A stretch of DNA of 64,000 bases, from contig CM120640.1 of assembly GCA_051362555.1 (NCBI GenBank), positions 31,949,967-32,013,966 of the forward strand, read 5' to 3'. Below the pieces are notes generated by a model. It was not told the origin of the DNA. It saw only the letters and a list, made by a program, of their open reading frames with translations, and ran no database searches. The DNA comes from Lingula anatina (taxonomy: Eukaryota; Animalia; Brachiopoda). Positions 38,901-51,145 of this stretch are shown here, piece by piece (position 1 is the stretch's first letter; every line of letters starts with the position of its first letter). The position numbers and the translations under genes were made by a program.

Positions 38901-41262
38901 AGACTAGATGGCTACAGCTCTCCTCATTGATGTATTTGCTATTATTCTTAGCTAACAGGGTGCTTGTATCATGCCTTATTTAAAGAGGCACTGTTTTTGC
39001 ATCAAAATCCTGTTGTTTTCAATATAAACGCTAATGGTGGTAAAATTGCACGGATGTCAAACAACAACATTTAACATTTTGAATCCTTATGTAGCTATGT
39101 AAGTGAAGGCAACAAGAGATTGTTGTGTAGGTCATCCTGGCACTTGTCTGCAAGGAGGCCTCAGTAGTGTTGTAAATAGTGCGAGAGCAAACTGGTGTCC
39201 TCTAGAAAAACAGAAGTGTGATGCAAGAGAGACTGTTGAAAGGGAAATCGTGTCTGGCCACCTGCGGATCAACAACTGGGATATTAATCATGGAAGTTGA
39301 AGGGTTGATAATACTCAAATAGATTAATCCACAGGTCTACATTTTAGAGGTGAGATTATAAGGTCTCCGTATTTTGAACAAGTTTCATCCCCCCCCCTCC
39401 CTCAGTAAATTTGATACCTGCCTGGATTGAAAAGAAGCCTTACAATAGACGTCAAGAGACATTATGCAAGATACGCTATGTAGGTAGCCTATGGCAAACA
39501 AGGCATTGAAATTCAATGCAAAAACACGAAAAGGCGGATTGATGTGTTCGCTTGAACTCCATCAAAGAATTGACCCAAGATGTACCTTTGCTCAATATAC
39601 AAGGGTTACGAAAGACATCGGGAATGCACAAACTTACATAACAAAGCCAGGGATAAAACCTTGCATAACAAAACAATAACTGACTATAATGGAACTAGTG
39701 TGTTGACAGTAATGTCAGCATTGATGTTGTCCACACAGCCACTGATTGGGGGCCTGTTATTTCAAGTGCTTCCACAGTGGAGCTTCAGCTAGCATAGCCT
39801 GTTAAAAATAAATATTGATTTGAGAAGTGGTTCCTCTCCAATGTTTAGCTTTAGCCTCAATAATTCATTGGTTTTAATGGGTTGAAGACCAGGAATAGAC
39901 AGTGTAGGAACATGGATTTTGGGAAAGCAGGAACATGAATATTGGAGAAAGAAGCAGGAATAAAAACATACAGGCTGTTTGACATTTTAGAATGATATTA
40001 CTTTTGAAAGGTTGTTTATCCAACAAAGGCAACTAGTAAATCTTTCCTTCACCTGAAGTTAGCCTTGAAGTAAATTTAGGGAGAAGTCCTTTGAGGAAAA
40101 ACCAAAGCCACATGATTGTTGTGAATCACGTAGATATTACCATGGAAAATTATTTGATCAACAAGTTCACTTAGATACAGGCCCACCTTATGTATGACAA
40201 ATTTGCCAATGTTATGCAAATAGACTGAGGAAGCAAATGTCTATTAAAGGTTGCATTTACATAAACAAGAATGTAATTATGGGGGCTTAAGGTGATTAGG
40301 ACAAATTTTTTTCTAATAAATCACTGCCTGAGCAGATTCATTCTATTTTGGCCTTAGTTTTCTACACTTACCTGGTGGTTGGTTGGTTGGCTGGCTTTCA
40401 TGTGTACAAATTTCAGTGCTAATTTTATGAAAGCTAAATTGTTGTTATAATAAAGAAGATTGTTAAAGGATTCAGTGTTGCCATTTTATCTCCTTGAATA
40501 TGCCCGTGAATGTGCACAGGTATTGTTGGCCTTCTAAACAGCCGCTGGATGTCTTATTTTAATTAATCCTTTTTTATAATTTTTGAAAAATAAAAACAAA
40601 GCAATAAGGAAGGTGATAAAAGAAAAATGGGACGTTTGATGCAATAGGGTTCATAAGGAGAGAGATATTTTCTGTTTAGGCAGGTGCCCCACTTGCGAGC
40701 CAAGCCTAGGGGAGATATTTAAATAGTAGGCTCTTTCTGTGTACACAGCCATTAAAACAGCCATTCAAAATGACTACTTTGTTCAAGGACCGTCAAAACA
40801 TGTAGTACAATTCGATACGCCTCCCGTAGGCAAGTATGAGTCATCGCTACTAAAAAATGGTTGTTCAAGGTTCTGGAACCAGAGGCTATAAACTGCTCTA
40901 ATCATTTCCAAATAAATCACTGCTGGTTGGATTGCTATTCATGAAAAAGCATGTGTGCGATATGGGAGGCTTCCATAATTGAGTAATTTTGAGATGCTTT
41001 TAGCGTCAAGATCATGTTTATTATATCACATTTTGTATTGATCATAAGACATCTTTGAGGAATTATGTGGCATATGTTAGTTATATTTCCATATTTTTAA
41101 CAGGACAGAAAACAAGTCTGAGACCTCTATGTGAAAAATGTTTATTTTTTGTGGGTTCCAGGACTCCTGTACAATTTTTACATGAGTTTTCATAGATCAT
41201 AGATTTATAAACTGTGTTATGTATAGGTATGCACAATAATGTGGCAGAAGTCAGAAAGATAT

Positions 41263-41265
<3 letters not shown>

Positions 41266-41311
<46 letters not shown>
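41266..41311. repeat. (TC)n microsatellite, about 23 units
   Basis: Read directly; source of the spurious ERERER ORF 41081..41332. Confidence 0.95.
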
Positions 41312-41314
<3 letters not shown>

Positions 41315-41910
41315 ATAGGTTAGGTAGGTCATGATTGTTTACAAGTATTAACAGCTCAACAGTTTCATTCTGTTAATCAAACTTTGAAATTTATTATTAT
41401 TTTTTTTTTTTTTGGGGGGGGGGGGTTCTTTACCATTAAAATTTAGAAACCCATACATTTTAAGTCACTCTTACTCCATTAAAAAAAATGAAGACATAAA
41501 AGATGCGATTATTTTAAGTGCTTATACCCCCCTCTTGTACTAATATGTGATCTCTTCACTTTTCACACAGGCCAGATATTGTACTACTTATAAACTCTCT
41601 TGTTGCAAGGAATGGCGTACTTATTGCATTTGGAGCCTGTGTATGTTGATGTCTAAATCAATAAACCAAACAGTTTATTCCCCTTCGCCATATTGATTTT
41701 TGTTTCTCCAGTATCTGAACTGCGGTTATGAAAGTACAGTGATGACGTCTTGTAATCAGCATTGACTTAAAGCATGTGTGCGCATGATTCGGTCCCTCAT
41801 CTAAATTGACAAGGTATGCCAGAGGTGGTCATGTGTAATGGTAGAATGTAGATTTATCATCATCTGTGTATTGATTTTTACATTAAAGCAAGGATGTGTA
41901 TTCTTTGCAG

Positions 41911-42027
41911 AGCTTCACTACGCTGGTTGATAAGTTTGGTCTTGCCAGCAGCAGATACAAGCCTTTAGAGTTCCTAGAAGACCATCACTTGCAGTTTTCT
42001 GAGGAAGCTGACATAAAGCAGTACAAG
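41911..42027 (+). CDS. JMJD1C: KDM3/JMJD1C coding exon 3 (117 nt)
   Basis: ttctttgcag|SFTTLVDKFGLASSRYKPLEFLEDHHLQFSEEADIKQYK|gtaagt; phase 0-0; corresponds to JMJD1C 'TFKPLV...VEFL.D..L.F......PYQ'. Confidence 0.93.
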
Positions 42028-43962
42028 GTAAGTTGCAGCGTGGTATTTTTATGTGTAGAGATCAAATACTTCTTGTTGAAGATCTGCCAAAGGGAATATT
42101 GGTTTCAAGCAGTTCTGAATGTTCCAGATTTTGGACCGGCAAAATGCTATTTTATGACAACTTGTTTGTTTATTGTTGTTATTGTTTGTTAATTTTATTA
42201 CATAGATAGTTTTTATATAATGTTTGGTGTTTTGAAATCTTTTAATATTTGTCTCCATATTTATTTTGGTGATAAATTTATATTACATGAGAATATGTTA
42301 CACAGTTCATCTGATTTATTTTAGTGGATTATATATCTAGTTTCAATTATCTTATTGAGATTATAGAATGTGAAAATAGGTGTCCTTTTATTCATTTATC
42401 ATACATAAAGCGATGATGCATTTTGTCAGTCTGACAATCAATGAAATTGGTCTTTTAAAAATTGATGTTGTGACATATGATTATCCATAAAATGATCGTC
42501 TTGTTAATGGGCTGTAACTTACTATGATATTGATCAATTACGTTCTAAGCCGTCGTAACATCTACACAAAAGTAGGTCAGCACAAAATGAATTGCTTTCA
42601 CAACCCGTAATCAATATCTAGCCGCAGATCAATAGTTCTTCTGTGAGGGTTATTGAAAATTGAGGAATCTACGTTTCCTTTTGTTGATCATGTGAGTGAT
42701 ACATGCAGATGGTTGACCAGCAGTTGCATAACATTATGGGTCACTGGACTGATTTGTTAAGTGTTCTAAGGCGCCAGACTGTCCTGCCTAAACTGCGCGG
42801 TGTTCACTGTAGATCAATGCGGAAGACAAACACAAAACTCATTAGTAAAACATCCATAATATATTATTCCCAGAAAGTTATTAATCTCGACAGAACCTTG
42901 ATGAACACGCATAGATTAAATGGCAAATAGTTGCTGTCATTGAACTAGCAAGTCTCGTTAGTGGGGAAGTGATGATATATTTTCAAGTTGGGAACATAAT
43001 GGTGGTTTTACAATGGTTAAACCTACGCGCTGCAGTTCTCTTACAATCTATTACACATTAACCTTTGCAGAAAGCAAATTCCAGGAATAGATTGCCTGGA
43101 CACATCTGTTTTCATCGCCAGCATGTGACAGCCTCAAATTACCCCCTTGAATGTTAAACCTGCACATTGCATGTTTTCACTTATTTAAAACAAATGGGTT
43201 TGCGGAAACACTGGTGCTCACATCATAAAATACGGTTCTAATTTCCCACCTATCGGCCCTTCTGCCTACATCCCTACACCCCTATGTAAATGGCCCAGTT
43301 GGACTGACCCAGTGAATGTCTGGCCTCTCTTAGTTAGATATTTTCGGTCCAGCAGCTGTGCCAACAAGTAGCTCTATAAAAATGCAGTGACCTAGATTTA
43401 AAGCCCACCAGGGGTCAGAGGCCAAGCTTGCTTGTCAAGAAGAATTGATTTATGCTTGCCAGCAGAGTAAAGGTTATACACACATGCCTCTAATATGGTA
43501 AAGTACACAAGATTTGGCGGGATGAACCTGTTGGCAGGATTCTTCTTCCACAAGAGAGGCTTTCAATGAAGGGAGAGTAGGTAAGGAATGTGCCAGGCCA
43601 TGGTTGTAAAATCAATTTCTTTAAAAGTGAATAATGTTATGTTAGGCATGGAGCATTTGTTCTCTTGGTACTGGGGAAAATTTTTTGTCCAACGTGGGCA
43701 CTCCTACACAATAGGTCGCTGGGAGGTTCAAGAGCGGTTTATGTGTTAAACTGTAAAGGGGTAACAGCAAAAAGGACATAAAACCAAATTTAACCTGACT
43801 GCTGTTGTTTGTTTTGATAATCTTTAATCAAATTATTAGTATCAAACCGCCACTTATTTTGGTAAGATGGTCCATCTATGCAGACAGGACTAGCATGGGG
43901 TCATGGAGGTCATGCACTGTTAGCAAATGTTCTGCATATCATTACATTAAGAAAAAGGTTTA

Positions 43963-44185
43963 AGCCCCCTTTACACTGGACGGCGTCCTTTCTGCGTCCA
44001 GCAGTACGGCCCCATTTGAGAGTAAAAAAATTATAATATTTTACGTGCCGGCAACTGGCCGATCATTGAGCATTCATTCTGATACAAAATTAATGCTCGT
44101 GCCTCCTTATTAAGACCACAGCGATGTCAAATTTCATGGTCGCAGAGAGGACGCAGAAAGGACGCCGTCCAGTGTAAAGGGGGTA
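43963..44185. mobile_element. PIF/Harbinger-like MITE (223 bp), young
   Basis: Perfect 35-bp inverted repeat CCCCCTTTACACTGGACGGCGTCCTTTCTGCGTCC (43965-43999 / 44149-44183), TTA direct repeat on both sides. Confidence 0.88.
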
Positions 44186-45662
44186 TTAACGACAGTATAA
44201 TTTCCACATTGCCATCCTCTGAAGGAACATGTTGCTAACTCAAGGTGACTTTTATTTGCATGTTTGAAATGTGAAATGTCAAATCTGTGAGTGGAATGCA
44301 GATGGTACCACAGCAACATCACGCTATATCAGCCGCGCTCGGAACAAAAGCCCTAGTGGGATCAATAGGAGTGCTACGCATACAAATGTGTCGGCTTCCT
44401 CCTTTGAATAGCAATGAAATTTACCATGCGAACAGTAGCCCATAATGTTTATAAACTCAAAAATTCATACCTTTTAATGGCATTTTAGAAAATGACAGGC
44501 CAGGTATCCTTTTTAGCTTTTATAGAAATGAAATTGTGCTTTTTAGTGCATGCTTCTTTTTTTTTAATGCCAAATGCAAGATTCTGAATAATAAGATTGG
44601 TTTCGGAAGCATCCCTACATGTTGTGAAGGCCATAAGTGAAAGTACTGTAGTGAAGTTGAAGGGTTTATTCATGATAAGTCACCTGTTATTGATTTGAGA
44701 CAGTTTTCAATAGAACTGGCTTAGAATCTAGCCCACAATCCAGGAGCCTATTTGATGTAGTCAAATGAACCATTTACAAGCTGACCCGACCACCTTTCAC
44801 CCTAGGCTTCAGAATGCTAGCGTCCACTACCTTTTTGTACTGATGTTTCAATTTTCATATGTCCTGTTTTGTATTTTTTTTTTCCTACCCCAGCTAACTT
44901 CTAAGTTTGTTGATTTCATGGAGTTTGGAATCTGTAAGTGACTGGGACTCAGCATGGTCGAGTTGTGATGCCCTTAATCTCACCAAGATAAAGTTGCTAA
45001 AAGTAGTAAATACATTAAGCCGGGCCACTGATAGGCATGATGTATAAACAACATGGGGGCACAGGATAAAGAGCTGCACGTGCAAAGGCTGTGATTCAGG
45101 AAAACCATGCTTGCTGGTGGCATTTTATATAAATTATATGTTGGCTTTTTACCATTCTTTGGTGCCCTAAGAGCTATAACAGATGTAATGTGAAAGTAAC
45201 AAAGTTATCTGTCCGTGGAATTATTTATTGAGTTTTAAAGAGATCAGTCTGTGCTGCCTTAAGACCAGCCATTCATTACAGACAGCATTATCATTTTGTC
45301 CCGCCAAAATAGATTATACAGGGCATCCTTTTGGGGTAGATAAGGAAAGGAAAGTAGGGATGAGAGACTTTGGTCCACTTGTAATAGTTTAAGATATGGG
45401 AACAATAATTATGGTTTTGGAACAATTTTCTTAAGTATTATTTATAAACCATCACAAGGAAAATACAACAATACTAGCATTAAAATTGCTCCTTGCTGAT
45501 GAGAAAAAAAGCCAGTCAGTCAAATTGACTGTGCCATTTAAACTCAAAATCAGGCAAATGAAGTATTTTCCTAGAATCATTAAATGTCTTTCATTTGACT
45601 TTGTAGAAAACAACACATGGTAAGACATAAGCGTTTACGCGTTAAATACATTCTTTCCACAG

Positions 45663-45866
45663 GAGAACGAGCCAATAAGCTCCCCTGTGAAAAATTACCC
45701 GGAGGTCCAGAAAGCCATCCAGGAGTGGATAGAGTACCAGAACGGGCAGAGTATCCTCCTGACCACCCCATCTGTGCTGATTGGGTATAGAGTCGAGGTC
45801 TACAGATCTGAGGGCACTACTCAGTGGTATACTGCAGTTATCAAGAATTACATAGAGAAGACAAGG
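45663..45866 (+). CDS. JMJD1C: KDM3/JMJD1C coding exon 4 (204 nt)
   Basis: ctttccacag|ENEPISSPVKNYPEVQKAIQEWIEYQ...PSVLIGYRVEVYRSEGTTQWYTAVIKNYIEKTR|gtatgt; matches JMJD1C 'PYSLNGYRVRVYR....TQWFTGII'. Confidence 0.95.
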
Positions 45867-48800
45867 GTATGTATGCAGTTTCCTTAGCCAGTGTACTACC
45901 TGCGGTGCTGTGAATGATAACAATGTCTTCTTTTTCCCCCCCCCTTTTCCATGTAGTTTTTCAGTGGTACTTGCCCCCCCCCCCCCCCCCCCCCTCCACT
46001 CTTTGCATCTAGATGTGTAGTACAGGTGGTAGACCTACAAATAACCTATCTGTATTATAGGCCAACAGCTGCCCCTCCATACTCCCACGAGCATTTTTCT
46101 CAGACTACTTCCCTGGAATTTATAATAATAGGACTTGTTTTATGTTGCTTTTATGTCAGCTGTGTGTCTCTAAATGTTGATATGTTTTCCCCAAGGAGTT
46201 ATTAAAGAAAAAGGTAAAGCTGAATAAAAAAAAAAAACAAACGTGTTGATATTGTAACTCATTGTCTTGAAATGAAGATTTCTAGCCTACAGAATTTTTC
46301 ACCATATCCTTGATAAAAGGTTGAAAAACATATCTGTGCACCACTTTATTCTTCATCTCCTGTTCATTTGTATTCACAGGAAATGTGTTCACAGCTCAAC
46401 TGTACATGGTTTCCTGCCTGCCAGTTGTGGTTTAATATCGTGACTGTTCAATTTATTTTCAGTAGGATCTGATATTCCTACATTGCTCAGATTTAAGTTC
46501 ACTTTTCACGTTTTGAGAAGTTCCCTCTTCAGATGTTATCTGCCTTGTCTGACTCTGCACATTTATTGACTTAAATGGCAGAAATATGTGATTTTCCCGT
46601 AAGATAAGACTTATTTATACATTTAAATAAAGTACATTTGTGCCTCAAATGTGAGGCGTTTGTGGTAGATGGTTACCGTTGATGTCTGCATGTAGATGTC
46701 TGACCAGCTCAGTCAGTGTGCACTTGAGTTCAGTATTTTGTACTTTGTAGATTACTCAAAAGTGGCATGCACGTATCTTGTACAATATTTCCAAATAGGA
46801 CAGCATGCAGAAATGAGTTTTACCTCGGGGCAGTGGTATTGTGCTATCTGTTAAAGAGCAACAGCGTTGAGGTTGCAGAGAGGAAAGAACCTCTCTTTTT
46901 GGCCTGCTATCAACATAGGCTTGCCAAACTGCCATACATTGTCCCACCCTGCTTAAACTTTCATTTAAGCCTCACACTTCTGCACAATTATTTGATATTC
47001 TAATTTATTTTGTGTTTCCTTACATATTCACAGGTTCCAATACTTTGCTATGAATTTGAAGGCAGACCTACCTGGCATATGGGTTTTCAGTGTGATAAAT
47101 TGCTTTGCAAGCACACAATTGAATTTTACTCTCTGCAAAGTAATCATTCAATAATTCAACAGCTTTTGCATTATTTGGATAATAAGCAGCTATAAAAAAA
47201 AATTAAATTGCAATATTTTGACTGGAAACGGAAATTATATGGGTTTACTGGTCATGGTTACTGCAGAATATTGTTTGGTTATGCGGAAATTTTCAATATG
47301 TCTGTAAACTACATTAAATCTGCCTGATAATTAGGGAGTACTGAAGGTGCATTGCCCTAGAAAAAGACATTTCATTTGGGAATGGATTTGAATTTTTTAT
47401 TTTAGTTAAGAGGTGTGATTTGCGTATGCCATATTCCTCTGAGATAACCTTTTGTATTCCTTATTTTTCAACCGTGAGGTTTATGGTGTGAAACTTAAGA
47501 TTGTTTAGCACTTGTATTTGGATTGTATACGTGAAAAATCCAACTGCAGTTGCTATAAAAATGCCAAGATGAGAAGTGAAGGATGCAGGTTGACCCATAA
47601 CCTTAAGGCAGATGTAGAATTTGTCTGTTCAGAGATCATTGCCCTCATAACAATATATAATTTATCCAGACTAATCAATTCCACTGGGACATCACTGTCA
47701 GATGTTGTCAGCAATGCAATTAACTTATAACCGCCAGTGATTGGTCCATGGTCTATTTTCCCCAAACTGAAAACTCGCACATCCCACTTAAAAAGACATA
47801 CTTGATTCATATGCATATCATAAAGAAATTTATTGAGTTAAAACATTTATATAATTATATGGATAACAATCAGTAAGCCAGAGTACTGTATAGATTGAAA
47901 AAAAGACTAGTTGGAAATACAGTTTCGAGGATAAATACACTCAGTTGTGCCCGTACATGGCTGTAGATTATAACCAGTACCTTAGAACCACAGACATTTG
48001 TTTTTGCTTTAAGTTGAAACCAGAGAAAGCGCAGAACCATTTGTTTGTTCATTTTTATGTTTTCCTAATTTTTTTTTCATACTTGAAAGGCAACTGCAAC
48101 CAGACCTTGGTTCTTTCTGCCATGGCTGCACCCTATCTTTTCCCCAGTTCTCTCTCTTTAAAAATAAAAATAAAAATGAGAAGGAATTGGGTTTGCTGAT
48201 GTTGCGGTGTTCTCTTCGAAGTGTGCCTGCCTGATGGTAGAAGGGCATGCGGTTGTTTTGAAACAGGTTCTGAAAATTGATGTAGTGTGTGACATGTGGC
48301 ATTATAAAGGGAGTCATAAGTTGGTGTCTGATGAATGGCAGATCAAATGCCAGGGATGGTGCCAATAGCACAAATTGGAAGCAGAGCTGCGCATGAATGC
48401 GTAGGCAGTTAAGTGTTTTGACAACTCTGGATGGTCTGTATTTTATGATAGTTTGTTATCTTTTGCATCCAAAAAATTGCCCATTTACAATTTGTTTACT
48501 TTCTGAGAATGAATTCAAACAAATTGCCTGTTGTAAGCGGAGTTCTAAGCTGAGAGTGCAGGTAGGTAAGTATCTTTGACATTTCACGTGAATTTTTTTT
48601 TTTTTTTTTTTTTTTACAAAAAGAGTGCTTGATTACATGAACGTTTAAGCTGTGTATTTTGCTGATAAAGTGCAAGTTGAAGGTGTGGTGAAGTAACATT
48701 GACATAAACCATCTCCAGCAGGGATGTACTGGAGGTCAAAGTAGAACTCTGGCGGATCTCAAACCAGAATGTCCCCCAGCAGGGTGATAGAATTACCATG

Positions 48801-49303
48801 GCAACTATGACCATACACTGTGATCCTCTTTGATTTATATTGAAGAAAAGTGATTTCCATAAAAAAAAGAAACATAAAAAAGTGTATTTAACTCTTAAGA
48901 ATTCCAAATTATTTTAACCTTGAATCTGGAAAACAACACTGAAAGGAAAAGAGGTGAAAAATTATCAGGAGATTAACTGCACCCAAAAACGGGCCACCGC
49001 AACCACCTGGGCTAAATTTGTTTTTATTTCGCATATGTTGTTTGATCCTCAGTCAGACAATTATTGTTGGTAAACCACAGTTGATATGAGTTGTAGGTTT
49101 GCTCAATTTAAATGGCCTGTAAACCCAAGTGCACTTGAATGGTGACACAAAGGGAAAAAAAGAGATGACTCATGAATTTCTGAAAGAAGGTCTTGTCTCT
49201 AGATCCAAGTTAACTGGTGCACTTGTCCTGGCTGAACTGACTGGTAGATTAAGCATTCACATTACCCTTCAATATTTTATGGATATTGAAATGGGTTCTT
49301 GGT

Positions 49304-50268
49304 CAGGCCTTCCCAACTACCAGACTCGGCACCTACGGGTCCAGTATAAACCGGTTTATCTGACCACACTACCCGTTTTCAAGGTGTGTGTCAGATCGCA
49401 TAAAAGAGTATCATACCCTATCACAAATTCTGTAAGCCTACCTGTCATCCGGGTATCACGCCTCGTTTTCGTCAAGTAGGAGTCGTATGAATAGAACAGA
49501 CGACTCCCTCAATCAGGGGGTGGAAACGCGCTACTTATATGATTAAGACGAGCCTAGCCGTCAGTACCGGTTATTGTTGTGTGACCTTGAGGAGCAATTA
49601 GGTTTGGTCGTTGCGGCACGCATGAACAGTAGTTGAACTACCACACCTGGGTCTTTTGTTTTTGACAACTGTTCACTCGTCATCGAGGCGCTTGTTCAAG
49701 ACTACAGGCTGATATCTACTAGTACTACCAGTGGCTTCATTAGTAACGTTCCCACAATACTTAAGTTTTCTGTCCGTGCATACAAACCCTGAAAAAGGAC
49801 AGCCTCGCTGACGAGAACAATAGACGTTTCTCACCCCTCTCTAGGATTACCCCTGCCCTCAATCTCGTCCATCCCGGTAGTCATGAAAATAATTTAACCC
49901 CCGACAGAATATGCTTCTGCTATCAAAATTAAGTCTACTTTTCTAAATTAATATATAAGTTTGCAAGTTCTTTTTTACAAAACATCATTGGCTATGTCCG
50001 AACCTAAATTTTATGTTAAAAATTGCGGTACTGTCAAATTTTAGCATAAACAGAGAAAATTGCAGCAGCGCATGAATCTAGATGAGATGCACTACTTTCC
50101 AACCCCGATTAGGATCATTGCTATCACATCGCGCACCAGGCAAAATCGGTGTGGTGGCTGATACTCTGTAATGCGATCTGACACACACCTTGAAAACGGG
50201 TAGTGTGGTCAGATAAACCGGTTTATACTGGACCCGTAGGTGCCGAGTCTGGTAGTTGGGAAGGCCTG
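49304..50268. mobile_element. Non-autonomous DNA transposon (965 bp) with 110-bp TIRs and 5-bp TSD, hAT-like ends
   Basis: TIRs 49304-49413 and 50159-50268 begin CAGGCCTTCCCAACTACCAG and differ at about 2 positions; TTGGT directly repeated on both flanks; CpG-rich; no transposase ORF. Confidence 0.9.
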
Positions 50269-51131
50269 TTGGTGGAGATAAAGAAAGTCGTTTGGTTTTG
50301 TTTTGAGTTATGGAAATGCTTACAGATTTTTTTGTTTTTTGTTTTTCTGGAAAATGGAGATAGACAAATGTGACCTTTGTGGAAGGGGATAGGCTGTTTG
50401 ATTTTTGCAATTTCAAGAAGTGCTTAATAAAGTTAATTGAAGGGATTAAAGTACACGGGGGAGGGGACAATAAGGGGGAGTCTGTAATAGATAATCTAGC
50501 ACTTGCAGCATTCACCAGGTAAAGGTCAGGTTTGACTGTTTACCTATGCTTAGCAGGAAATGTTTGCCAAAACTGCCTCCAGTGTTTATGGCTTGTACAT
50601 CTTAAAAGTGGAGTGGCTGCCAGAGGCCTGTCATAGGCATGCAGGTATTATCATGCATTACAAACCACAGTGCAGCAGATTGGGCCAGGGTGGAAGTTGC
50701 CTTCAGTTACCTGAAGAGCAATGTTTACTGGACAAACCTCAAATACCTGGATGCCTGGCCTTGATAAGTTGTGGTTAGACTTTTTAAGTTTTGATATTTT
50801 GTAATCTCTTGTAGTCTTCAACTTCGTTGCTTCCTTAAAGGGCAGAGATTATAAACGGAAAATCTTATAACATTATCGGAATTGATGAACTATTATGGAG
50901 AAGGTCTTCAGGGCAAATTCCACAGTTTAACCCTTTCTTAACCTGCCTGTGGTGAAATCCTTAGCCACTAGCTTTCCTGCTAGTGGTGTGACGCACAGAA
51001 ACAGTTAAAGGAAAAGAAAACTGTGCAATTGCCATTTATCTGCCAGTTGCTTAGCAGACTTGGAGAGATCTAGGTCAACTGTATTTGCACAAAACATTAA
51101 AGAAATAATTTACCTGTCAGTGATCAGACGT

Positions 51132-51145
51132 GTTGCCATGGCAAC
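51132..51145. promoter_or_regulatory. Perfect RFX X-box palindrome
   Basis: GTTGCCATGGCAAC, the canonical RFX consensus; function not shown by sequence. Confidence 0.5.

Noticed and set aside
41081-41332. ORF with ERERER repeat
   Set aside because: Translation of the (TC)n microsatellite.
49129-50515. Two ORFs sharing the peptide GLPNYQTRHLRVQYKPVYLTTLPVFKVCVRSH
   Set aside because: The shared peptide is just the translation of the transposon's two terminal inverted repeats, not a duplicated gene.
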